Origin: Psammoneis japonica
Taxonomy: Eukaryota
Length of the DNA: 64,000 nucleotides
Assembly: GCA_008632985.1 (NCBI GenBank)
Contig: QPGO01000050.1
Span: forward strand, 62,001 to 126,000
Direction of reading: 5' to 3'
In this document: one piece after another, positions 12,696 to 25,895 of the stretch
Layout: every line of letters begins with the position of its first letter
How positions within the stretch are numbered: position 1 is the first letter of the stretch
Translations under genes and position numbers: made by a program
Notes under the pieces: model-generated
Database searches by the model: none
Told to the model about the DNA's origin: nothing
What the model saw: the letters and a program-made list of their open reading frames with translations, nothing else

Positions 12696-14857
12696 CTAGT
12701 CCAGCTGTCGTGCTGTTCGATGCCGTTGTGGGGAAGATGATGGGATATCGTTGTCATTGAACTCGTCATATGTGAAACCGAGAAAAGTATCTTCGTTAAG
12801 TTCATCCAAATCTTCTTCATCAGGATATTGATGCCCATCTTGTGATTCACCGGTATCCTCCGAAGCCACAGGCATCCGAGTAAAAGTATTGTCAAAATTT
12901 GCAACAGCCACATCAATGGCTGCGGAACTCATGTTTTCTGGTCCATTGGTGTCTGTTGGTTTACTTACGGAGGGTGACGCTTGCGGAGGCTTCCAACCTT
13001 CGCAAGGTCGTATTGGTGCCTCTACTCGTCTTGCATATAGAGCTCTCCAATTAATACTGCGGAAGAACTCGTGCTCCATAGCGCCACGAATACCAGTCAC
13101 TCCAAGCCGTCGTCGTGGATTGCGTTCCAACAGCGCACTTACGTAGGCCGCCGCGTGTGGACTAAAGTAGGAAGGAATTTCAAGGGGGGCACTCTTGAGG
13201 CGTCGAAACAATTTTGCACGGTCGGTCGTGTACCATGGTGGAAGCCCAGTCATCATTTCATAAACAAGCATCCCAAGTCCCCAATAATCAACACAAAAGC
13301 CGTGCCCGGACTGACTGAGAACTTCCGGCGCCATGTATTCTGGTGTACCGCACATTGACGTCGCACCTTCCCATGGATGTCGTATATGATCCTTTGCCAA
13401 CCCAAAGTCACCTAGTTTGACATGTCCGTCTGCGTCCAGCAACACATTTTCTGGTTTCAAATCTCGGTATATTATTCCACGTTTGTGCAGGTGCCCAATC
13501 GCAAGAAGAAGTTCTGCTGCATAGAAACGCGCAACCCGCTCTGGAAAGCGCCGGAATCGTGACAAATGAAAGAAGAGCTCACCCCCTGGACAATAATCAA
13601 GGACAAGGTAGAGCTTGTCGACGGATTGAAACGCAAAATGCAGCTTCATTATGAAGGGGTGGTCCACAACTGAGAGTACCTTGCGTTCTGTCTTTGTTCT
13701 TTCAATCTGTCGTCTCTTAACCAAATGGGATTTTCTTAAAATTTTCATTGCAAACAAGCTTCCGCATTCTTGTCCTACTTGCTTCTGTACGAGTACGACC
13801 TGCAAACAAACAAACACATAATGACGATTAACGCGAATCACAAGCAAATCATTATCACGGGAAATACACCGTAACATAATGTAACTGCCAACCAACAATA
13901 CGCACCTTTCCAAATGACCCCTTTCCCAATACTCTCAACATTGGCAAGAACATTTCGACGTTTGGCTTTTCATAGACAGGTTCCAGAGGCTTCACGGTTT
14001 CGCCGCTTTCTGTCGTGTCCCATTGCACAGCATTTTCACCTTGTTGCATGACCCTATCGGCCTGTTTGGCAAGCGCATCTTCTTCTCGTGTCGGTATAAG
14101 CTCGGGCGTAGCGCTCCCCGTTGGAGAGGGTGACACAAGTGGTGTATCCGCAGGTCTCGACGCAAAGTTGGAATGCCCTCCGTCCATGCCCGGCCGTAGT
14201 GGCTGATGAACAATACCAGCCCCCGCCGCAGGTGGAAGCATCGTATCCATTTCGTCCTCTTCTTCAGAGGACTCTTCATCTTCGTCCCATTGTCTCTCCC
14301 AGTCAGCGGCTTGATCGTTAGCTTTCATACCAGTGGTTTTGAGTCCGCCAGTTTTTATGGACAAATTGCGCATTGAATTAATCAAACCTCGTCCAGACTT
14401 TTGAGCTGTGTTTTTAATATTCCGTTTGAAGGATCCAGTTCGCGATATCTCGGATATTTGGCCTTGCTGACTGGGGGTTTGGGGCTGTGTTTGGAGATGC
14501 TGTGGAGGCTGTCCGTGTCTATGACCTATCGGTTGTTGGCTGTGGTAAGCATGAGATTCTCCGACTGGAGATATGGACTGTTGTTGATGCTGCTCCGCAT
14601 AGTCATACGGTTCTGGTCCATTTTCACCCGTCTCGAATAGCTGCTTCGGCTGCCTGTGCATTATTTTGTTGAGTACGGTGTGTAAGTCGAGCAATCAGCG
14701 CACCTCTGCCCAATCCTCTATGCGAATGCTCTTGTTGCTGCTGCGCCACTGATTCCTTCCCCGCTCCACGGCTCTCTTCCATTGTCGGTGGATGAAACTC
14801 ATTAGGCTCGTCTTTAAACGGGTCTTGACCCTCTGGCACCGATGTTTCATTACCCAT
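12696..14857 (-). CDS. AGC-family Ser/Thr protein kinase (S6K/SGK/PKB-like)
   Basis: LGKGSFGKV, then an intron at about 13802-13905, FAMKIL, YRDLKPEN, DFG, CGTPEYMAPE and the C-terminal hydrophobic motif FLGFTY. N-terminus MGNETS with an apparent frameshift near 14690. Confidence 0.92.
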
Positions 14858-17372
14858 AATGACGTGTACAGTAAACTGAAGCTCGCTTCCGGACTGAAAT
14901 TGATTTCTTATTCGTGACTATCTGAATCGGGACTGTCGAATTCTCACCGACGAAGCACCGAAGCTCGCAGGACACAACAAATGTTCTTTCGACGCTTTTT
15001 TTTTTTTTTTCTGAACAAGCGTTCGAGGGTGTTGGAGAAATCAACAGAACAACAACGTCCCGTTTGCTTGGAACTCCTCCCGTGCCTACCGCTAATTCTT
15101 CAGTCGCGTATGAACGTGATATCCGCGTCCAAAAAACACTCGTCGTACTGTAAAATCCCGAGTAGCGCTAAACACGATTCTTCTGACGAACCCAATCCAC
15201 AGCGCACTGTTTTCTTTTGATGGAAACCCAGTTCAATGCAGCGTTCTCTCCTTCGGCTTCGGCACCGCCGCCGAGTTGTCGTCGTTGTGATGATGGTATT
15301 TTTGCGGCAGTTTACTTTTTTCGTTGTTTGCTTGTCGTGCGTGCTGTCGTCACCCAACGGTTGGTCAGTGCGTGCAGGCGCGCATTTGTGACGGAAGGTG
15401 TGCGCCACGTACGTAGGGCCCTAGGATTCCATACAAGTACTTCACAACGTCTTTTAATCGTAGTATCTGCTGTAGAACCTACGCAACGGAGTATAAATAC
15501 AATATGCATCACTTATATGCATATTGAAATTTCATAATAATATACATATATTTTTGAATTGCTTTCTCCGACCGTCACCGAATGCTGGGCTGTTTTATGT
15601 TGGCCATGTCAATGTGCCATGACGCAAATAAGAGTGACCTACGGCCTACTGTAAGTGTACTGTATGGTAAACTAATGTTAGACTTACGAGCGAGGAACGG
15701 ATGCGGATGTGAGGCGAGATCAGCATGAAGGCAGGAGACAGGAGAACGACAGCTACGGCAGCGGCACCGATCTAGCCCTCCAGCCAAGCCATGCAAATCA
15801 TGACGGACGTCGGTTGCTCAAGGGTTTTCTGTTGAAGATTTTGCTACCGGTAGGACCCTAGAGCCCGGGGCGCAGCATGGGTTAAGCGGTGAAGCACAAC
15901 CCGCAGACTTTTTGTCGCCACGCACCCGGACAACTTGGATGGAGAACCGGTACCTTTTGTTGAACAAAACGGTGAACCCATCAAGCCGGTCAGTCGCGTG
16001 CGGAATTTTGTGGGACTAGAGAAGAAGAAACGTGTCACACGAAGGAGGATCCAGAAGCCTCGTACCTATTCTTACAAGATAATGCCTCTGTAGCTGTCAA
16101 AACAAGCAAGTGATGTGTGGCGTCCGAAATCCGGCTGATTGTACTGTTTCGTTCTTTCAACATACAAAGGATTCGAAAAGGGGCGAAATGCTTGAGTTTT
16201 GACGTGTCTGGTATGTACCAGTAGAGTAGCTAGCTCAGGGCGTGTTCGCGCTTTGGTTCTTCTCTGCCTCTTGTGCTTCTCCGGCCCACAATTTTTCCAA
16301 TGTGTACTTTGTATATTGTACTACTTGATCGTTGATCACTCTGACGTTGGGCCACAGAAGCGATGGTCACGTCTTGGTACTCACGTATGAGGATGTGAAA
16401 GCCAGCTTGCATGTCCAAGTTTTCGCGAAGCCAAACCGTTGAAGACGAAGCTTGCCAAAAGAACATGGATTGCTCGTCGCTGAATAGTGTGGAGTCGATG
16501 ACTAGACTGGGATGAACTGCATTACTGCGACATAGTATGCTGAGTTACTCGAAATGTTTTTCGTAAGCCGTTTGAGTTCTGTCGTTAGGCTTTCAGTTGT
16601 CGTTGTTGTTCTACGTAAATCACACTGAACTCCTTCATCAGGAGACAAGCAACGTTCCCAACCATGGCTTAAATATCATTCTGACGAGCAGATCATCAAC
16701 CAAGGTGTTGGACCTGCCACCCAAAAATCGTCGTACTTGAAGAACTTCTCTGGCGCAACACGAAGTACGAGGCCCTTTCTTACTTGTGTTGGTACTGTAC
16801 AAGCAAACCGTCCATCGGCACCGGCAATAACATGAGATATTGCTTCAGTCCAAAGCCAATCAAGACGAAGAATCTGTCGTTTGCCAAGGGGACAGGATAT
16901 ACTCAAAGTAGTGTATTCGACTTCGTGTCACATTCCAAGTTCCTGATAAAGCAAAGAGGCACGACGTTATCCCATGATCAGAAACATAAGGTAATGTACA
17001 GCAGTACGGTAGTTGCCAAAGCGACTCCAAGACGTATGGCCCTACGGTAGAAAGAGCATGTTAGGGCCATAGCTTTTAATCTGGACTCGTAAGCAAGTTC
17101 AGAGTGGGCTTTCGTGGCGGCTTGCAGAAAAGAAATGACGCTCTACTCGATCGAGTGCGCCCTATTTTATTGTACTGGTACAGTACCATACATGTAGGAG
17201 TAGTAGTCATCAAATCTGGTCACTCAAAACCGAATAAAGTAGTAGAAAGTTCGCAAGACACTGGTAACAAAAAGAGAAACAAAAAAGTGGTCTTTGATTG
17301 GATGGGTGGATTTCACAAAATCCGGTTATGTGTGCTAAAGCACGTTGGTTGTTGGTAGGTAAACTGCGATGT

Positions 17373-18437
<1,065 letters not shown>

Positions 18438-18959
18438 GCAGGAGCTTTTCATGAAGACTTTGCGTGTTGAGTTTAGACTTGTCTAACTCACTCATACAAC
18501 CGGATTTTTTTAAATCCACCCTTTCAATCAAAGACAAAGTTGATTTTGTGCCGCTTCCTCCGCATATCTTGCTATTAATCACATCCTCGCTTGGGACTGA
18601 CAGCAACTCGACTGCATATTATGCAACGGGCAAGAGTGATCCTTTAAAGCAACATGAAACCGAGTATTCTATTGCTGCGTACATTCCCTCTATCCACCTA
18701 TACTATCCCATTCAGGCGGTGGCATTGTTAGCACCGTACCACATAAATAAATATAAATTAATGTTTCTTCGACAGAAGGGCATACAATCTCTGGCTAGAA
18801 CAAGCCAAAATGAACTGGGCACGCAAATACAGGCTGCGCTGGTCGAATTCAATTTTGAGGTAAGCAAAGTTTCGAGACCTCGTCGATACGATCGTGCGGA
18901 CACCGCGGCGCGCGCATGTTCACGAAAAGGTGGCACCACATTTATTCCTCGAATCGGCC

Positions 18960-21800
18960 TCTTGATGAGAATGAAGTGTTTGGCAATCAACAAACCCGTT
19001 GGGCTATGGCTGGCAACCATTGATGAGCTGGGACCTGATGATGTGAACTGCTTGCTCATGAGTTTGCTTCTTGAAGAGACTGTCTCATCCGACAGACTCA
19101 CAGCGCGTTCTCGCTGCAAGTGGCGACACCCAATGCACTTTCACTGCCAAGGGTGTGCGTCGTCGAAATTTTCTCGATGATGATGATGAACGCTCAATGG
19201 ATGAAAATGAACGAGACTGCCAATCTGACAGCAATCGAAGATGACTGGGTGGAAGAAAACAACAACTCCTTGCTGCTGTCTAAATGACAGATGAGTCTCC
19301 ATGCAGAGACCGTCACAGGAGCCGAAAGACTGGGTGTCGTGATGTCGGTGCTGCTGTTGTTGTTCTTGTGAGCCAAGTGCTGGCTCGAAAGCAAACCACA
19401 TTGTGTGTCATGTGCAGAACTGAGAGCACACATGATCATGTGTGACAAACTGAAATCTTGTTCAAATCCTGTTGCTGCTCCCCAGTTTGCTTCTTGAGGA
19501 GTCCACAGCAACAGATTCGAGGTCGGATTGGTTGAAAGCCTTGGGATGGTTGCCACCATGCCTTGCCCCATGCATTGAGCAACTGCACATCTTGCAGTGA
19601 TGGAACCCCACGCCTCCATGGATCTGTGCATGCATGGAGTTGTGGTGCGCGATTTGCCCAAACAAGAATGGGTTGACACCTTGTGTGGGCTCCTCCTGGT
19701 TGCATCTGGCAAAATCAAGCTGAGCCAGCTTTGTGATGAGGCTCATCATTGCTGGCAGGTCAAAGCACACACCTGAAGCATGTGGCACTGCCCATCAATG
19801 GCATTTTGGACTTTGGACCACAGCCAAATGCCTGGTTTTTGGCGTGGATGTCAACGCTGCCTGGAGCAGGGGCGGCACTGCTTCGTTGCACGACTGGCAC
19901 CACCGAAGGATCTTGGCAACTCCAAAGACTCCCAGAACTCCCCAGGCATCTTGCCTTGTGTGGCAGCATCGCCTGACTTCTTCGTCAAGCCTCTGCTGTC
20001 ATTGCTCTGTGGTCAGCCCCTTGAGATTGTGGTGATGACAGGCTGGAACTGCTGCGGCGGGATTTGGGCACTCCTGCCACAACCGGGCAAATCTTGCTCC
20101 ACCTCATTGGCAAAGAAATGAGTCAAGGCATTGTTGGGGTGGGGGGCATGCCATGGTGGGCCACGGTTGTGCCACTGCTGACTGCAGTTGACTTGCACAT
20201 TCTGTGTGGTGCAATGGGTGGCATGCAGGTGGTCCAGAAATGGCGTCAGTGCAGCAAGCTTGTTGGCAGTGGCGGCTGCTCCACAGACCCAGGTGCATGC
20301 TTCCTTTCGGCTGAGTGGTGTGGGTGGGAGCAGTTGAACAAATTGGAAGCAAACGAACATTGAGCTGTGATGAATTCACACTTCCTCGGCCTCCTGGGCA
20401 TTGGCTTGCACGTGTGGGTGAAGTCTGTCAGGAGCCGCCATGATGCGCATGCAGAGCATGTCATGGGTGGGAACCCAAGCACCTTGGACAGCCAGGGTGA
20501 AAGAATTGTCATCAAACTCCACTGGTGTGAATTGCCTGCATGTCAAATTGCCTGTGATGGCACAGGCACTGTCATCCCATGGCTGTGCTGGTCCCACCAC
20601 TGTTGTGGGGTGGGCAGATGCGTGGTGCATCACTTGCTTGCATTTGACCCTTGTCAGCCATGTCATTGGCTTGACAGTGCACTGCAATTGCTGCTGACAG
20701 GTTGCAACTCGACACAAACGTGACCTGGCTGTGTGCAGAATCGCCGGGTTGCACCTGGGTGCTCCTTGCACCAGGGCTGCAAAATCCAACATGGCTTCAG
20801 TGTTGCAGTCTCTGTTGTGTGGATCTTTTGCATCTGAGGCACAACAGTTCTGGCAATTCTGCAGAACTGGTGGTGCCGGCGGCGTGGCTGGTGCCCCTGC
20901 TGGCAGTGGTGTGGCAGACCTCGTCCTGCCAACAGCAATCTTTTGCGCTGTAGAGTCATTTGCGTAGAAATGTGTAGAACAGCACCAAGACAATCATTGA
21001 AAAGTCTGTCTGTCTGTCCTCAGTGAATTTTAACTTTGCGAAAAATGGACTTGACTGTTTTCTGATCAGGTGCATTTTTCTTCAACACATTTGCAAAAAC
21101 ACACCTGACCTGATGACAGTCAAGTCCATTTTTGCACAAATTGTGTGAACACAACAGTTTCAGCACAAAAACGTGCAGATTCTACAGGCGTCCACAATTG
21201 TTTTGTGCTTTTTACGTCACGGGTCATTTTCAAAAGATTCCCATTGGAGTTGCACTCCCGGGGCTGCAGGTGGCACAGGCAGCACCTGCAGTGGGTGTGA
21301 TGCACCACCTGCTGCTGTGGCAGCTGGTTGCTGCTGCCCTTGTGCTTGCTGCAGTGGTGCAGCGACATTGCCATTCAGGACATCCTGTCCTCCGGGATCA
21401 GCTGGTGTGGCTCCTGCTCCCTGCTGATCTGACATGACATGGCTCCTCCTGCAAATGAACAACAATGAGACGGCAGATGGCATCCTGTGCTGAAACCACA
21501 GCACCAAAAAACCATCTAATTGTGGCTGTTGCTCTTGGTTGCTCCTCGGAAGAATGAGGAGAATGAGAGGTTGAGAGCAAGTTGCCGCTGCTCCACCAGT
21601 CTTGCGTGCGTGCGTTCAAATTTTTACAACGGCTGGAAGAAGTGACCCATGGACCCAACTGTCAGGGTGGGTCATTTTTTTTAAGCACATGGTTGTGAAG
21701 AGCCTGCGGCATGAAGAATGGAAGGGAACAGCAGAGGGAGGCACGACAGCAGCTGCAGTGACGGCATGGCAGAATGGAGTAAATGCAATTTCGCCTCGTC
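18960..21800 (-). mobile_element. Decayed TpA-depleted repeat with a long broken minus-strand coding trace (possibly ORF1 of a YR/DIRS-Ngaro-type element)
   Basis: Abrupt loss of TA, with overlapping Cys/His-rich, Tyr-poor ORF fragments from 19194 to 20993. The family assignment is tentative. Confidence 0.35.
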
Positions 21801-22235
21801 GAACGTACCGGTGTTATGCCTTGCGCGCAGGTGCCCCCGCGCGGACACAAAAGAATTTTTTCGACTCCCTCCGACGACGCGCTCGAGAAAAACACCCAAA
21901 AACGACTCCGGATGGCCTCTTGTCGTTGATTGCAAGTAATTGGACGATTGTCGTGACAGTTTGACCAGTCGCAAATGCTGTGCTAGTCCCCCAAGACTAT
22001 GACACTTGAAGGTTTTGCAAAGATTTGAAGAGACACTCGTGAAAACCACCAGGAACTGTTGGACTTGGATGTCACCGAAATGCCACACTTTTGTGCGCAA
22101 TTCATTCTTTATCGCCTCTTCATCTTCCTCACTTGCGTTCGCACCCATCTCTTCTGGTAGTTCAGCATCCCATGTGACATTGTGTGGCTCAAGCAGGCTG
22201 TAAGCAGACGAGACATTGTGTCGTGAAAAGGCAAA

Positions 22236-23360
22236 ATGGCCAACAACATCGATTGTGCCACTGCAGCACAGTGCGGACTTGCTGTCAATGACAACGGTGG
22301 AACGTATGAACGTGGGAAAGCATGTTGTATCGAGAAGAAGATCGAAGTCCAGATGGTCTGTCAATCGCTGCAAGACACGTCAGAGAGTGGAAGGCCGAAT
22401 CTAACAGAAGTCGCTCGGGTTTGTGGGGTGGACCGCAAATTTGTAGTCAAAGTGGAACGAGAACTTGACTGTTGTGGCCAAGTGCTTCACCCGCGAAAGA
22501 TTCACCAGAAACGAACGTATGGTCCGGGCGCAAATGCAATTGACAGTCTAGATGCTTTTGTCCTTCTGATTCTGTGTCTGGACGAACCAAGTCGCTCGCT
22601 GTCCAACTATCGGGAGAATCTGTGCAACCTCACAGGAGCAGTGGTTTCGAACTCTGCCATCAGTAGATTCTGGAATCACGCATTTCCAATTAGCGGGAAA
22701 CTTCGCAAACCAAATCTTGTCCCCTGTGATAAATTCAAACCCGACAACATCCTTCGAGCGCGTGAGTTCATAATGGTTGTCGCTGAGGTTGATCCAAGGA
22801 GGGTCAAATGCGGAGATGAGAAGCTGCTGAAAGGGTCAGAAGTGCATTGCCGAAGGACAAGGCGAAATGCACTAACGGGGGAAGTCCCTCCATCCTTCAC
22901 ATCCTCTGATTTTTGCAACACGTACCCCATCATTGGCTTTTGCGGCATCGACACAAGGACCTGCCCAGTGCATTGTCGGATCCATGACGAGCCGAATGAT
23001 GCCGAACAGTTTGCAATGGAGATTGAGCATGCAGTGCATCGGGGCTTTCTCAGAGGCGGTGACATCCTTGCACTAGATGATGCAGCCTGCCACGTGCATG
23101 GTGAGAATGCGGTGCTTGAAGAATGGCTGTGGACGGAGTGCGGCATCTTTGTTTTGTTTCTTCCAACGAGGACCCCTGAATGGAACCCTGCAGAACTTGT
23201 GTGGCGTCAACTCGTGACACAGCTCAAGCATCATCCGATCCGCAGGCTACGCTCGTACACCGAGCATTCGACCGCCCATGCTGCCCATGACGTGTCACCC
23301 CAAATTACACATGACCAAGTCTTCCGCATGTACAGAGCATGTGGATGTTGTGTGTCATAA
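22236..23360 (+). CDS. DDE_3 (IS630/Tc1-like) transposase, DD38E spacing, partly mutated
   Basis: HTH-like EVARVCGVDRKFV, GDEK, LALDDAACH (compare LVLDNAxYH) and FLPTRTPEWNPAELVW (compare FLPPYSPELNPIE). Confidence 0.88.
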   Translation: MANNIDCATAAQCGLAVNDNGGTYERGKACCIEKKIEVQMVCQSLQDTSESGRPNLTEVARVCGVDRKFVVKVERELDCCGQVLHPRKIHQKRTYGPGANAIDSLDAFVLLILCLDEPSRSLSNYRENLCNLTGAVVSNSAISRFWNHAFPISGKLRKPNLVPCDKFKPDNILRAREFIMVVAEVDPRRVKCGDEKLLKGSEVHCRRTRRNALTGEVPPSFTSSDFCNTYPIIGFCGIDTRTCPVHCRIHDEPNDAEQFAMEIEHAVHRGFLRGGDILALDDAACHVHGENAVLEEWLWTECGIFVLFLPTRTPEWNPAELVWRQLVTQLKHHPIRRLRSYTEHSTAHAAHDVSPQITHDQVFRMYRACGCCVS

Positions 23361-23808
23361 GCCAACACCACAACAGACTGCTCTGTGTGCATTGCAGCCA
23401 CTCGCTCAATTTTAAGAACTGCAAACGACATTGTCATCCATTGTCATCCTCCAGCATGCCACAGTGTTCGTCATTGTCATTTCTTGCTGGTCCTCGTTTC
23501 ACATGCAGTGTTGACATCCCCGCAGCTTTTGAGTGGGAACTAGACCACCGCACTCTGTGCTGCAATGCGGCAGGCTGAGACACATTTGAAACTTCTGTGT
23601 GCAGAGTCATTCTATGCCAGCAAACATGCGCCTTCTCTCTTCTCGCATGCATTGGCGCAGGCGAAAAGAAATAGAGGCTAGGTCAAGATCCCTGAACAGT
23701 GCAATGGTGACAAGATACAAACAGTCGCTAGCACGGAAAATCTTGATTGATTTCAAAAGCATCAAGTGGATTCACGCAGGAGTTTCAACACACTGTAGAC
23801 ACAAGTCT

Positions 23809-25590
23809 TCAAATGTCCGCACCATCGTGTCCAACAGAAGCATTGTTCGAAGCAACACCCTCATAGACGTGCAAACTTTCAGACTCGTTGGACAACGAGA
23901 AGGACGGTTCAGTCAATGCACAGCGATTCTTTGGAGGACTGGGGAAGGCATGTGGTCCCACACCATTTTGAAAGGAATTCTCCTCGCCACCAGGAAGAGC
24001 ACTCTCCTTCTCCTGCATGCTGTGTTCATCAGAATGCACGCACTCTTGGTTGCAGTTGTGATCATCATGCCTGCTAGAAGCAGTGACACGGCGCCTCTCT
24101 TCTTGATCACCCGTGCGGCGGCGAGACTGACTTTGACTGCGTCGAGACTGACTGCGATGGCTGGGAGCATGAGAGCGACTGCAATCCCTCTCACTGGTGT
24201 TAGAGCGTGGACTGCGAGGAGAGTGACTTTGATGGTGGCGAGAGTGAGAGCCACTTTGACTGCCACAGCCGGAGACACTCTTGCCAGTGGCGATGCTCTG
24301 ACTGCGGTGAGAGCGACGGCGGTGGGAGCGACTGCGAGAGCGACGGCGACTGCGGAGAGCGACTGCGACTGCGAGAGCGACGGCGGCGAGAGCGACTGTG
24401 GTGGCGATGAGAACAACTGCAGTCACTCTCACTGTCACTGGAGCTTGGACTGCGGTGAGAGCGGCTGCTGTCTCTGCTCCCGTGTCCCCTCGAGTGACCA
24501 CGACCACTGCTGCTGCGGTGTCGATTGTGGGAACGACCACGACGCCTTGGTTGTCCTGGTCACAGGAATCACCAGACTTCCCCTGACCAAATGGCACTGG
24601 ATGCCCAGAGCCAAGCTTTTTGAGGAAAAGAGAAAAGGTCAGTCAGCAGAGTCAAACACAACAAAAAGAAATGAAACATGTGAAAGATGCATGCATGCAG
24701 CAAAGCAACAGCACAATGGCACTCACAACGAACTGCCCATTGGATGCATGCAGTGATTGCACATGTTCCTTCTTGGCTTCCAAAGTGTTCTGCTTCTCCT
24801 TCTTCTTTGAATCGGCTTTTGTTTGCTCTTTCACCCTGAATTCTTCAACTCGTGTCATGCTCGCTTGTTTCTTTTTTTCACACACGTCATCGTGCGAGGC
24901 ATTGTTGCTCGAGCTCTTGTTCTTCCTGTTGGATTCTTTGGCTGCCACAAGCTGCTGCTTTGGTGACTTGATTTTGGTCTTCTTCTTCTTCAAATCCTTT
25001 TCCACACTCTCGAGCTCCTTCTTGTCTCGTCGCGACTGCTCAATTGCGGCATTCTTTGCGCTCTGCATTTCGCAGAACTTGTTTTGAACCGTTGCCTTTG
25101 ACTGCGCCATCTTGACAAGACTGCCATGCATGGACTTCACACTGTCATGCATGGAATCGACCGCCGCGGCTGCTGCTACCTCCAAGTGTCCATGGCTGTT
25201 GTGCTTTTCCAACAAAGCCTTCTCCAACTTGTCAATGCGCTCGTTCGCCAGCACAACTGCATTTGTGTGGGGCGCAACCTTCTTTCCCCTTGGCTTCGTA
25301 ACAGCACCCGGCAAGTCCTTCTTGTAGAGCTTCTGCTGTTTTGGAGGGAGCAGTGGCTTCTGAGGCAGCGCTGGAATGTGATCAAGCAAGGGGATTGATG
25401 GTGGTGTCAGCTCGGTTTCGGCGCGCGTCGGAACTTCGGTCCTTTCTCTTGATGGCTCCCGCTCTGGAGACACTGTTGATGAGTCTTGTGACAACATCTC
25501 ATCATGGTGACTTGGAGCCCTTCCCCGAGGAGCGTGGGAGTGCGACGAGCCGCCGCCGGCTCTCATTCGACTGAGTTTGTTTGTCATTGC
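23809..25590 (-). pseudogene. Second, convergent cargo gene in the transposon: Lys/Glu coiled coil followed by Ser/Arg/His low complexity, disrupted
   Basis: ORFs 24652-25680 (coiled coil) and 23809-24597 (RSRRRSRSRSH...) lie inside the TIRs. Confidence 0.5.
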
Positions 25591-25895
25591 GTCGTTTTTT
25601 GTGTTTTTTTTTGCATTGGCGATCGGAGCGACCGCAGAAAAAAGTCGAAGTTCGCGCGGGGGCACCTGCGCGCAAGGCATAATACGTCACGAAGGGTGGG
25701 TGGGTTCGTTCGTCGTGCGTGCCGCGCGCGCGCGCGAGGTCCCGCACAACAACGAACCGATAGCCGAAAAGCTGGAAGCTGGAACAGTGCCGGTGATCGG
25801 TGATGGTGATGATGATGATTCCTCATCACCGCGGCCAACAAAGAAGCACTCTGTGTATGTAATTGAATGCATTCAATTATACTGTGAGCGCGATA

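Larger units (their letters stand above)
21817..25679 (+). mobile_element. IS630-Tc1-mariner DNA transposon, 3.86 kb, with 27-bp TIRs and a TA target duplication
   Basis: TA|tgccttgcgcgcaggtgcccccgcgcg (21817-21843) and its perfect reverse complement (25653-25679)|TA enclose a DDE transposase. Confidence 0.9.

Noticed and set aside
15100..17360. Short ORFs between the kinase and H4, and at 28100-29200
   Set aside because: No recognisable motifs or consistent exon structure, so they were not called.
23599..24756. 385-aa plus-strand ORF
   Set aside because: It is the antisense of the low-complexity cargo gene in stop-poor DNA.
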